DNA from: the human T2T-CHM13v2.0 reference genome, Homo sapiens
DNA: 64,000 nt
NCBI RefSeq assembly: GCF_009914755.1
Contig: NC_060941.1
Strand: one strand, 5' to 3'
Shown here: positions 50,157 to 64,000 of the stretch, piece after piece
How the letters are laid out: each line of letters begins with the position of its first letter
Numbering within the stretch: the first letter of the stretch is position 1
The notes under the pieces: model-generated
What the model was told of the DNA's origin: nothing
The model's database searches: none
The model's input: only the letters and a program-made list of their open reading frames with translations
Program-made: the position numbers and the translations under genes

Positions 50157-51017
50157 TGAAGCCAAATCTTTTATGTCCCTATATCTGGAGCAAAATGCAC
50201 TCACTTCCAAAGCTGCAGTGTTTGAGTCTAGCCAGAAATAATGAATTCCCAGCCCCCAAAGGGAAACTGTCATCCCTAGCACCCATGCTGCACCCCCACC
50301 CAGAGCTCCCAGGTCTGCTTGAGAGAGGGGGTCCCATTCAGAAGTAACACTGAAGGCCTGAGGGTTTGGGGAGCTGGAGGATGGGGAGGGGGAGGAGAGG
50401 AAAGAAGATCCTGGCTTTCCCCACATCCTTGGCTAAGGGATTTGTGCCCAAGGATGAGGGCAGGTGCTTTTCACCAATCTCAATAATAGTCATTACTGTC
50501 TAGTGAGTGCCACTGTATGCTGCACCCTTCCTCCAGGCCCTTTGATTCATCATTTCTAATCCTTAGAATCCCAAAGAGCAGGTACCACTCTTTTGCCCGT
50601 TGCACAAGCCTGGATACTGGGGCTGAGAAGCGTCAGGTAACATGTTCAAGGTCGTAGGGGTGGTAAGTGATGGAGCAGGGACTCACACCCAGGTCTGTAA
50701 GACTTGGGCTGGTATAAGTCAGGGTACACTCTGGAGCCAGACTGCCTGGGTTTCAAGCCTGGGCTGTATGACCTTGGGCAGTTTTTCCTCTGTGGCTATA
50801 TTTCCTCATCTCTAAAATGGGGACAATGAGGCTTCCCACTTCATAGAGTTGCTACAAGGATTAAATAAGCTGGTGCCTTACAGTGCCTGGCACACGCTTA
50901 GTGTGGCACGAGTTCAACCTGGCACTGCCATTGTTCTGCAATGTGTTTGCACCCTGATTTGGTACATAGTTCCTGCCTGAGTCTGGTTTCTGAATACAAG
51001 AAAAATGTTTCTAGGTC

Positions 51018-51857
<840 letters not shown>

Positions 51858-53006
51858 GTCGAGGTATTACAATGAGCTTGGGTTTCAGAGTTGGACTGAT
51901 CTCAGTTCAAACCTTGGCCAAGCTCTTTTCTGGATTGACTTGGGCAGAGTCTGAACCTTTCTGCTCCTTAGTGATCTTATCGATAAAACAAGGATCCTCA
52001 TCTCGTTCAGAAGGTTATGGTAAAGAGAAGATGGGACAGTACTTTGAAAGTGCTTCTTAACTGTGGGATGCTGCCCAGAGGTTATCAGGAGCCACAGTCC
52101 CCTCATCCACCAGTAGGAGCTCTCTTGGAGTCCAGCATGTTGGAAATAGAGTTGGAGCAGGCAGCCTCCAGGTGGGACCCCAGAGATTAGAGAGGAAGCT
52201 ATAGAGTCCAGGCCAGGTAGGAATACCCCATGGCCTGGGGAGTCTGGGGGAATCTAGGCCAAGGCCACATGTCACCTGGCTCCTACCCCTGGCCAATTCA
52301 GCAGCCACCCTCCAATCCTGACCATCAGTGGCCTGGCCCATGACACCTAAACTGTGCATTCCTGAGTCATGAGTCCCTCAGAAGAGTGTAGGGTGGGGAC
52401 ACCAGGAGTCAAGCAGAACCCTAGACCAGGCTGCCAGAACCAGGGTAGAGATCTCCCTCCAGCCAGAGCTGACTGGTCCTGGAAGGCTGCTGTCTGCTGT
52501 CTGCTGGCCAGAAGCTATGACTTCTCCCTGCCCTCAACAGCTATGTCTGTCCTCCAAGCAGGTCATTTTCTCAAGACTCTCTTGCATCAAAAATCCTCCC
52601 CAGGCTTCCCAGGCACAACTTCCCTTCTTCCCTCTGCTGGGAGGATCTTGCAAAATCTTCCTCCTGCTTAGAGAGGCCCTTAGCAAGGCTGAGGTTCTGA
52701 GTAAAGACAGAGCCCCCAGGCAAAGCCTCACTCCACCTGCACTGGGGAAATATGCAGCTGACTCCTGCTGTCTGCTGTGGCTTTGAAGAACTGAGACCAA
52801 GGGTTCCTCTCAGGGTTGGCCTGGCAGCCCAAAGGATGGGGGTCAGAAGGTTCCCAGCTCGGACCCTCAGAGAAGCAGCCCTCCAAATGCAATGCCGCCT
52901 GCAGACTGCAACCTTGAGTGCAGTTCTGTTTTGATGCTGGAGGGCCTCCTCATCATTCCACAGCCAGGGAGCTCACCGCCTTACAAAGCCATCCATTCTG
53001 TCATTA

Positions 53007-53166
53007 CAGGTCTGCCTAGGGCCTGCAACCTATGCAGTTTAATGGGGTCCCCACTATCAGAAGGGCACATGTTTGGTTAAATTCTCTGCTGCCATTGTCT
53101 TAAAATTCTTAACAATGTTTGAGTTTTCATTTTACACTCAGCCCTACAAATTATGTAGCCGGTCTG
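53007..53166 (+). mobile_element. MER91A-like hAT element
   Basis: TCTCTGCTG...TTTTCATTTT...CAAATTATGTAGCCGGTCTG. Confidence 0.7.
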
Positions 53167-53297
53167 GGTATGATCACTGGGGAATCCTTTATATGAACTC
53201 TCATACACATTCCCACAAAATCCTAGAGGTCTTTAAGCTAGATCTGCTCCTTCTGTCCCAGGTGGGCCAGGAGAGGCCCCTAGATGGACCCTGAGCC

Positions 53298-53466
53298 CAG
53301 GGCTGGAACCTGGATGAGGCAAGTGAGATGCCTGGGGCATGAAGTTTAAGGAGACCCTTACTGTCTCAGTCACATACATGCTGACCCTGCACTTGTACAA
53401 CCCCCAAAATAAGCAACTCCTTAAATTTTGCACCCCAGGTGCCTCACTCACTTCCTCTGGTCACTG
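53298..53466. mobile_element. MER96-like palindromic MITE
   Basis: Inverted arms AGTGAGATGCCTGGGG...TTTAAGGAG / CTCCTTAAA...CCCCAGGTGCCTCACT. Confidence 0.75.
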
Positions 53467-54163
53467 CTAAGCCAGTGTCCAGGCTGTAAGGTGGACTCCT
53501 CAACCACAACCTGTGGTGAAACCTGCAGGCCTCTCTCTGCTTCCCTCACAGGCCAGCCCAGTCCTGACCATTATTCCACTCATCCCTGGGTCAGATGGTA
53601 GGAGGAAGGCAGAGGGTTGGGCACATAGACCAGGCCACAAACCTCAACACCGACGCCTGCAGGAGCCAGGACTCTCCACAGGCCAGCAGCACCCACATCA
53701 CCTGAGAACTTGTTAGAAGGGCAGAATCTCAAACACTGCAGAGGCTGAATAATACCCCACTGTATGTATACACAGCATTTTGTTTCTCCATCCATCTGTC
53801 AATGGACATTAGGTTGTTCCCTTGGCTAATGTGAATGATGCTGCAATGAGCATGGGAATGCTCATATCTCTTTGAGATCCTGATTTCAGTTCTTTTGGAT
53901 ACATACCCAGGAATAAGATTGCTGGAGTATATGATAGTCCTATTTTTAATTTTTTGGGAACCTCTATGCCGTTTTCCACAGCAGCCACATCATCCTGCAT
54001 TCCCACCAACAGTGTGCAAGAATTCCAATTTCTCTATATCCTCACCAATATTCATCGTCTTTTTCTTTGATAATAGCCACCCTAACAGATGTGAGGTGAT
54101 GACATAAATGAATCTTTAGGACATTATGCTAAGGGAAACAAGCTAGTTCCAGAAAGGCAAATG

Positions 54164-54501
54164 CAGACCTCCCTCTGTATCTATGGGGGATTTGTTCCAG
54201 GACCTCCTTGGATACCAAAATCCACAGATGCCCAAGTCCCTGATATAACATGGTGTAGAATTTGCCTATAACCTATGCATATCCTACCACATACTTTAAA
54301 TCATCTCTGGATTACTTATCATACCTAATAGATCGTAAATGCTATGTAAATCGTTGTTATACTACATATTTATTTGTGTTGTCTTTTATTATATTGTTTT
54401 TATTTTTTTGTATTGTATTTGTATCATTTCTTTTTCAAATGCAGTATTTTCAATATACAATTGGTTGAATGGGAGGTACCTGCAGATTGTGGGCCAATTG
54501 T
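54164..54501 (+). mobile_element. MER2 (Tigger-type) DNA transposon nested in L1
   Basis: GGGGGATTTGTTCCAGGAC...GGATACCAAAATCCAC...TACTTTAAATCATCTCT. Confidence 0.85.
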
Positions 54502-54713
54502 ACTGCTTGATTCCACATATACTAGGTATCTAAAATAGTCACACTCATAGAATCAAAGAGTGGAATGGTGTTTCCAAGGGCTGGGGGAGGAGGGAAATGG
54601 GGAATTATTCATCAGTGGCATAAAGTGTCCACTAGGTAAGATGAATAACTTCTAGAGACCTGCCATACAACATTATACCTATAGTCAAAAATACTGTATT
54701 TGTTGTATGCTTA

Positions 54714-54946
<233 letters not shown>

Positions 54947-55319
54947 TTAACCAAAAAAACAAAAATGCAGAATCTCAGGCCCTAACGCAGACCTACTGAA
55001 TCAGAATCTGCTTATCGACAAGATGCCCACATGATCTGTGTGTCTGACAAGCACTGATTTAAAGGGCCCCCGAGTTCAGCATCCTACCCCATATCTTGGT
55101 TAGGATAGAAAAAAAGCTGATGAAAATCTCTTGCTTCAGGCACTGAAAACCTACTTCTGCATTTGTGTCTAAGACCATCTGAATGCTTCTGGCCCTGTCT
55201 ATCTGCTTTACTTCAGCTCTCCCTGTTTTTGTTTTAGTTTTTAATTTTAGCTTTTAAATATCAGGTTTTTTCCATTAAAAATAGCATAACCACATTTAAC
55301 AAAATATTTGTTAAAAAGG

Positions 55320-56485
55320 AATTTACCTTACCTCTCCCAGCATATACAAAAATTAACTCAAAGTGGATCAAAGATCTAAATCTAAGAGCTAAAACTGTAA
55401 GATTCTTAGAAGAAAATGTAGAGGTAAATCTTCATGGCCTTGGATTTGGCAGAGGATTCTTAGACGCATGAGCAAGAAAAGAAAATAATAGACAAATTGG
55501 ACCTCATCAAAATTTAAAACTTTTGTACATCAAAAGACACTATCAAGAAAGTGAAAAGACATCCCATAGAATGAGAGAAAATGACTGCACCTCAAATATC
55601 TTATGAGTTTAATATCTAGAACATGTAAAGAACTTTTACATCTCCATAACAAAAAAGTAAAGAACCTAATTTTAAAATGGGCAAAGGACTTGAATAGGTA
55701 TTTCTCCAAAGAAGATATATAAATGACTTTTAAGCACATGAAAATGTGTTCAATGTCATTAGTCATTGGGGGAATAAGATCAAAACCACTGTGAGATATC
55801 ACTTCGCAACTATTAGGATGTCAGATGGCTTTAATTTAAAAAAAGGAAACACATGTTGGTGAGGATGTGGAGAAATTGGAGCCTTTGTGCATTGCTGGTG
55901 GGAAGATAAAATGGTGCAGTTGCTGTGGAAAACGGTTTGGCTGTTTCTCAAAAAGCAAAACAGAATTAGCACGTGACCCAGCAATTACACTCCTAGGCGT
56001 ATACCCAACAGAACTGAAGACAGGAACTCAAACACATACTTGTCTATCAATGTTCATAGAAGTATTATTCACAAGAGCCAAAAGGTAGAAATGACCCAAG
56101 CATCCAGCCACAGATGAATGAATAAACGAAAAAATGGTGTACACAGCCATAAAGGGTGTATTCAGCCATAACAAGGATACATGTTACGACACGGACAAAC
56201 CTCAAAAACAGGCTAGGTGAAATAAGCCAGACACAAAAAGACAAATATTGTGTGATTCCACTTCTATGGGGTATCTGGAATAGACAAATTCAGAGAAACA
56301 GAAGACAGATTAGAGGTTACTAGAGGCTGAAGAGCAGTGGGAATCGAGAGTTATGGGTATAGAATTTCTGTGTGGGGTGATGACAAAGTTTTGGAAATAG
56401 ATAATGGTGATGGTTGCACAACATGGTAAATGCAATTTATATCACTGCGTTGTATGCTTAAAATGGTTTTTAAAAAATAATTTAG
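55320..56485 (+). mobile_element. L1MB-like ORF2 3' part and 3'UTR
   Basis: CATATACAAAAATTAACTCAAAGTGGATC, AAAATGGGCAAAGGACTTGAATAG, GATGGTTGCACAACAT. Confidence 0.88.
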
Positions 56486-56785
<300 letters not shown>

Positions 56786-57634
56786 GTTTAAAAAGATAAT
56801 TTAAAACATTTCCCACAGCCCTCACCTCCAATCCCCAACCCCAACATTTCTGCAAGCAGGAGTCATTCAAGTTTGCCACATCCCAGAATGTCAGCCCCCT
56901 CCTTTCAGATCAGGGTTACATCAGAATCTGAGCCCTGGAAATGTGGAGCCACAAGGAACCTCAGACACTGCATAGTCCTATCTTCCCACGGTAAGATGGA
57001 AACACCAGGCTCAGAGGCAGGCAAGGACAATGCAGTTTGACCCCAGGCATGCTGACAGTGCCCAATTCCTACACAACTGGGGGTCCCTGCAGCCCCCAAC
57101 AGATCACCCCTTGGTCCCTCTTCCCTCAGCCCCAGCCTGGATTACCCCTGCTCCAAGCAGCTGCCCCATTAACCCACCCAACTCCACTAACCATTCAGTC
57201 TCTTCCTTAGCAATAACAGCGTCACTCTGCAGGAACACTTAGTGGAAATTGACAAGCCCAGAAGCGTCAGCATCCTGGGTGTCCCTGAGAAGCTCATGGG
57301 ACTGAGGAGACCTGAGTCCTAGTTCCTGTCCTATCACCACTGATCTGCCTTGTGACCTCAGGCAAGTCTCCTCCCTTCTCTGAGCCTCAGTTTTTCCATC
57401 TGTAAAAGGGGTTAAAAATGCCTTTTGCACAGGGCATTTAATTAATAATTTAATTTAATTATTATTAAATTAAATAATTGTGAAAGAGAGTAATATTCTT
57501 ATGACTTCACAAGTAAATTGTTTCACCTTCACTAGACCGTAAGCTGTTTGAGAATAAATCAAATATTACCTTCCCTCTTCACTCCCCAAGTATAAGGCTG
57601 GGAGCACAGTGAGTGCCTAGCAAGCACAATAACA

Positions 57635-57636
<2 letters not shown>

Positions 57637-57671
<35 letters not shown>
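57637..57671. repeat. (TG)n microsatellite
   Basis: Seen directly. Confidence 0.95.
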
Positions 57672-57673
<2 letters not shown>

Positions 57674-58029
57674 CATATAAACATACATATGCACATATTT
57701 CTTTCAGTTACCTACAGTTAACACTTTTTATGAGATGTAATAACAGAAGAAAAGCTAAATGAGTAGGTATTATTGCCCCCATTTCATAGGGGAAGGAAAC
57801 TGAAGTTCAGAGAAGTCAAGTAATTTGTGCAAGGTCACACAGCAAGCAACCAGCAGAACTAAGACTTAAAATTGTGTCTGTGGCCTCAAAGCCTATGAGC
57901 CTTCTGTGTACCAAGAGAGATGCATGCAACAATTCACCAGTGTCTCTCCAAGCCCTGTGTCCCGAGGCTGCTTAACTCACAATTATTGGCAGATAATTTA
58001 TCAGGTCTGCAGACAATGACCCCAGCCTA

Positions 58030-58639
<610 letters not shown>

Positions 58640-58850
58640 TTAACTACTTGAAATAGCTTTGCTGTGGGTATGTTCAAAATCTTTCCCTATGGTTATTTGC
58701 AATATTCTTGTAGTAAATGCCACCTTCTCTATGACGCAATATTGGGAAACATCACTCCCTGGGCCTCCTCCTGACCCCCTCAATACTCCAAGAGCAGCTT
58801 CAGTAGGATATTGACTCCCACTAGTCACCCCCATCCTTCTCAAAGGCCCC

Positions 58851-59286
58851 TGTAGCAGATAATATGACACATCACCAGGGCCCCCTGCAGAAATGAAGGA
58901 CACATCTCCAGCTGCTGGAAGTGCTGCAGGCAGAGAGCCCTCACCTGGCATCCTCTTCCAGGGTTTGCTCAGCTGAGGAGGGTCCCTCACCCAAGATCAT
59001 GCCCTCTTTCTGGGGAAGCCCACATCCAATGGCTGATCAACCCAGGGGTAAAAAGACCCAGCCTTCTAGCCTCACCTTGAGACAGCTGTCAAGGGTCATC
59101 CTAGCAGCAGAACTCTCTGTGGGGATGGCTGAGGCCACCACTGAAGATTGCGTTCCAGCTCAACTTCTCCCTCTGTCCAGTACCACCTCCTCGCCCTCCC
59201 TTCCATAGGCATTGGCCCCCAAAATATACCCTAAAAAACATCTTGCATGCCCACTGTCTGCTTCCTGGAGAACCCACCCTGAGACA
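58851..59286 (+). mobile_element. ERVL solo LTR, LTR16-like
   Basis: TGTAGCAGA start, TCTGCTTCCTGGAGAACCCACCCTGAGACA end. Confidence 0.7.
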
Positions 59287-60016
59287 ATCCTTCACAGGCA
59301 TTGCAGAAGCTGTCCCCCAAAGCAAAACAGGGGAGCCACCTGATGGAACCTGCCTGAGCTCAACTCCTAGCCCCCTTGAAGCTGAGGAATGAGCACTAAA
59401 TTGGAGGCAGCTGGTTCTGCCTCCCCTGGCTCACCAGCTGGGAGACCCAGGTGCCAACACCTCCCCTGGTCATCAGAACTTTGTCTTTCCAACACATCAG
59501 CACCCCCTCCCGGCCTCCCTCCCAGGGATCTTGCCAGGAGCAGATGAGGAAAAGCCTGTGAAAACACCCTACAGGCTGCAAAAGGCTGCGCCAATGGGAG
59601 AGGCTGTTTGAATGAATTAGCACCAACTCCGCCGCCAAGCAGTTCCCGCCTCCCTCCTCTTCTACCAGTTTCTGTGCCTATCATATTGCCAGGGCCCTGC
59701 ATGCCTATTTTTTCCCACAAAACACCAGCTGCCTGGTGAAGTCTAATGCCTGACTATTGGGGAGAAGTGCCCATGATTCTCAAGTGCAGAAGCAGGTTGC
59801 TTTGAGCTTCACTTGTGAATTAATGCTGAGGCTCAGCTGGCATGGAGCAGACCCTAGCCCACCCACTTGTCCCCCACACACAATGACCACCGACTAGCTA
59901 CCTGTCATTCGTGAGAGACTCTGGGCAACAGCTTATCAGATGGAGGCGTGGCCATGATCAGATGGGGACCCAAGCTTGGATTCTCTTGTCTGGTGCTCTA
60001 AAAGCTCAGTCTATGG

Positions 60017-60477
60017 GTGCTGCCTCAGTTTCCTATAGCTGCTATAACAATTAACCATATACCTGGTGGCTTAAAACAACAGAAACTGAGTCTCTCACAG
60101 GTCTAGAGCTAGAAGACTGAAATCAAGGTGTCAGCAGGGCCACACTCCCTTTGGAGCCTCTGGAGAATGACCCAGCCCTTGCTTCTTCTAGGACTGGCTG
60201 CCCTAGCATTCCTGGGCATGTGGCTGCACCGCTTCAATTCCCGCCTCCATCCTCATGCCACCTTCCCCTCTGTGTTTCTGTATCAAACCTCCCTCTGCAT
60301 TCCTTTTTATCAGGATACCTACGGTGGCATCTATTGTCTTCAGGATGATCTAGAATAAATTTCCCCTCTGAAGATTCTTAATTTTATCACAACTTTTGCC
60401 ATGTAAGGTAAGACTCATAGGTTCTAGGCATAAGGACAAGGAGATATCTTTTGGGGGGCACCACTCACCCCAATACA
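60017..60477 (-). mobile_element. MLT1-family LTR
   Basis: GGCTTAAAACAACAGAAA...AAATCAAGGTGTCAGCAGGGCC...TTTGGGGGGCACC. Confidence 0.85.
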
Positions 60478-60751
60478 GGTGCTCCTGGCATATCCTGGAG
60501 GACTGGAAGGAAAACCAGGCAGGTTCTCCATTAAAGAAGTCCCTGGTCTGGCCTCTGTTCTGAAATTTGTGAAGATTAGGGACCCACAGACACCATGGCC
60601 ACATCCTCATTGTGGCTGCTCAGATCCATCAGCACCGTGGTGTAATCAGAGTGTGGCCAACATCATCGCGCTTTGGCAGGCTAGCCTGAGAACCACCCTT
60701 GGGATTTTACATTGTTTCAAAGAAGCTGTACCCTTTGGGGTTATACCCAGG

Positions 60752-60862
60752 TAGGGTGAGCAATATAGCAATTTTTCTGAGGCTTTGCTAGTGTTCGCAC
60801 TGGAAGTCCGTATCCCAGGAAACTCCTCAGTCCTAGGCAAACAGGGATGATTGGTCATTCCA
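60752..60862 (+). mobile_element. MER81-like hAT-Blackjack MITE
   Basis: TAGGGTGA...GGAAACTCCTCAGTCC...TTGGTCA; 8-bp TSD (T/C)ACCCAGG. Confidence 0.8.
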
Positions 60863-61308
60863 CACCCAGGTAAGCCCAGGAGCCAGCCGTCTACATGAGT
60901 CATCCAGGTGGATTTTCAAAGCCTCCTCTATCATTTGGGCTGGCTTCCCCATCAGCCTCAGGCACCAGCCCTGGCAGACACCCAAACTGAGCAGAAGACA
61001 TGTGTTGGCCATTCCTCAGGGTCTCCTCTCTTCGCTCTCAATCAGTTCTCACGCCCTCTTAGCTCCCTGTCCATGAAGCTCCATGCCTTAGTTTTCATCC
61101 TTGCTCCTCCCCACTCCACCCCCAACCCTGGATTTGATGATTTCCCTGATTCTGTCTATTAGTTGTCTAGGCCTGATGTTAAAAAGTACCAGAAACTGGG
61201 AGGCTTAAACAATGGAAAGGGATTGTCTCACAGTTTTGGAGGCTAGAAGTCTGAGACCAAGGTGTCGGCATTGCCATGCTCCCTCTGGAACCAGTAGGGG
61301 AGTCCTTT

Positions 61309-61749
61309 TCATATGGCTTGGCTCTATGTCCCCACCCAAATCCCATTGAATTGTAATCCCCATTGTTGGAGGTGGGGCCTGGTGAGAGGTGACTGGATAC
61401 TGGGGGTGGTTTCTAATGTTCAGCACCATCCCCCTAGTGCTGTCTCACGAGAGACCTCTCATGTGATAGACCTCCTGATAGACCATGTGACAGATATCTC
61501 ATGCGATCTGGTTGTTTAGAAGTGTATAGCACCTCCTGCTTTGCTCACACCGTCTCTCTTTCTTCTGTGGCCATGTAAAGATATGCCTGCTTCCACTTCA
61601 CCTTCCGCCATGACTGTAAGTTTCCTGAGGCCTCCCCAGCCATGCCTCTTGCACAGCCTGTGGAACCATGGGCCAATTAAACCTCTTTTCTTTATAAATT
61701 ACCCTGTCTCGGGTAGTTCCTTACAGTGATGTGAGAATGGGTTAACGCA
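61309..61749 (+). mobile_element. MSTB-like LTR nested in an antisense MLT1 (~61152-61890)
   Basis: ATATGGCTTGGCTCT...CCCACCCAAATC...ATTAAACCTCTTTTCTTTATAAATTACCC; TSD CCTTT. Confidence 0.88.
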
Positions 61750-62379
61750 CCTTTCTTGCCTCTCTCTAGCTTCTCGTGGTTTACTGAAATTCTTTGGTGT
61801 GTAGACGCTTCAGTTTTATTTCTGCCTTCATCTCCACGGAATTCTCCCTATGTCCAGATTTCCACTTTTTATAAAAACACCAATTCCCCATGGATGATGA
61901 GGGAGGACTGAATATGTATAATCATGTTGCTAACTGTATGACTTCTTCATCACACTCTAAGATCCATGAATGCAAAGACCATGCCTGTCTTATTCACCAC
62001 TCTATCCTTAAGAAATAAATAGAAGTCAGTCTTCTTATATCTGTTTAAATCCTTCTGGGAATGAAGAGCTCACTAACTCCTCAAAAAGCCCATCAATTTA
62101 TGCTCAACTCTGAAAATGAAGAAGGCAACCCCAATTTCATTTTTCTAAGCTGCTTCAGTTTTGTGCCATAATCCCATGCTTTCATCTGTATGCATTTGGT
62201 AACACCAGACACCACCAGATCACCCCATGTGATCGGAAAATAATCAAGGACACACCCCATTTTCTCCAAGCTCTTTGACCTTCCAAAATATCTTCACCTT
62301 CTATCCTCACATGCAACCCCAACCCAGCCCATCTGCAAAGAGAATGCACAGAGTAAAACTTAAGACTAAATTAAACCCC

Positions 62380-62830
62380 ATTAGTTTTCAGAGAAATGCA
62401 AATGAAAAAAAATGGTTCCACTTCCTAACCTCCGAATTTAAGAAGACTGATAACATGTAGTGCTGGCAAGGGCAGGGAGAAAGAGACACTCACAAACTCT
62501 GTTGGTGGAACTGTAAATTATCCCAACCATTTTAGAGAGTAATCTAGCAAAATTTATTAAAGTTAAAGATGTTAAGTCCTTTTGACCCAGGAGCAATGCT
62601 GCTTCTGGGATCCATCCAACTGAAATAAAAGTACCAGTTCAAAAGATGTATGGGCAAGGGTGTTTATTGTAGAATTGTTTATAATAAAAAAGAAAATCTT
62701 ATATTCTGTGGAATACTACACAGCTATTACAAAGAATGAAGCAGATCTATATCTATTCACTTGGAAAGATATATACAAAATATTGAGTGGGGGAAACAAT
62801 ACAGAGAAAAATATGTATATGTTTCTGCTT
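62380..62830 (+). mobile_element. Old L1 (L1ME-like) fragment
   Basis: TCAGAGAAATGCAAAT, TTTGACCCAG, GGAATACTACACAGC motifs. Confidence 0.7.
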
Positions 62831-64000
62831 TTTTAAAAAAAATAGTAATAATAAATGGAGCCACATCAGTCTGGCCACATCTGGAGGAAGGAGTAAGGCA
62901 GGGCTGGGGCCTCAGTGCATCAACACCACAAACGGCTTTGAGGTGCATGGATGACTACCCCCTGGCTGCTATGTGTGGGCAGGTCATCATGAGCTCAGCC
63001 CCGACCTGTTCATGGCAGCCCTCATGCCTCTCACCCTCCAGTCAGGGCAGATCCCATGAGGGATCTGGGGAAGAACTAATCCCAGCTGACCAAACTTAAG
63101 TCTCGCCGCCACACAAGAGCACCCCCAAGCAGGCACAGAAGTCTTATTGCAGGACAGGCTCTCTTCTTTTTCTCCACACTGAGGGGTCCAGCCACCATGA
63201 AGGCCATTCAGACTCCACTGAAATGGCCACTGGGCACCATCTTGAATAAAAGTCCACTGTGGCAGACAACAGCAGTCCTTTCCCACAAACCTACCTACCT
63301 CAGACAATTCCACACAAATATACACTCACATATACAGAGAGAGAGAGAGAGATCAACACCAAAAACCTGAGCAAACCAGTCATCAGCCATAAGCAGACCA
63401 AATGAGGTGAATTGACAGCATTTCTTTAGCAAACTGTGCAGAGAGCCTGAGGCCAGGGTGAAAAGTTTTGAAGCTTAAGAAATTAACAAGCAAGTGCAAT
63501 TTCCAGCCTAATGGAGTGTAAGGCACAATCAACACCTTTGTGAAAGGGAATATGGTGGGCACTTCCAGATCTTTCCACCCAGCCCAGAGCCTTTGTTACG
63601 ACTAAAGATAAAGATTTCCCGCCACTGGTGCTCCTCCTAACAATGCCACATAATCCCAGCTCTGCCTCACTGACCCACATCTGTACAGAATGGGAGAGAA
63701 GAGTTCCAGTTCGTAGCTTCTAAGTCTTTATTCAGAGTCAGTCTAGTCTCCTACTATTTAAATTTTGGAGTTCAGTGGTAAAGTTCACAATTTAAAAAAT
63801 AGAGACATCATAGTAAAAGCTGAGGAAAGAACGTCCCCAAACTATTAGCAGTTGTTGCTTTTGGGAAATAGTATGGGGAGATAAGGGATTTTGCTTTTTA
63901 TTCTGTGTCAGTTGAATATTTATAATGAGCAGATATTACTTTTGTAATTTAAAAATTTATATAACTAATGTTCCTTAGATATAATGATTTGGTTTGTTTC

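Noticed and set aside
60629-60648. REST/RE1-like TCAGCACC..GG (also CCATGGACAG near 12215)
   Set aside because: Only half of the RE1 consensus matches in each case.

Overview
This is primate (very likely human) non-coding genomic DNA, either intronic or intergenic. I find no protein-coding gene, structural RNA gene, CpG island or CRISPR-like array, and I cannot place the locus. About 30 Alu copies are present, many with readable target-site duplications (TSDs). There are also L1, L2 and MIR fragments, MaLR LTRs (MLT1/MST), solo ERV LTRs (LTR22-, MER61-, LTR16- and LTR33-like) and DNA-transposon relics (MER58A, MER30, MER5A, MER2, MER81, MER91A, MER96). Simple repeats include a ~280-bp degenerate (ATC)n tract. 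Several repeat-free, motif-dense islands look like candidate enhancers. The ORF track is explained by Alu/L1 read-through, simple repeats and chance. The most distinctive signal is a recurring set of locally templated insertions, most of them visible because they interrupt repeats of known consensus. Four segments of about 30-100 bp are copied from donors 0.7-1.2 kb away, in direct or inverted orientation. Several short fold-back or patchwork insertions occur as well. These look like germline template-switch repair scars rather than a new gene system. Repeat subfamily names come from remembered consensus sequences and need confirmation with RepeatMasker/Dfam.
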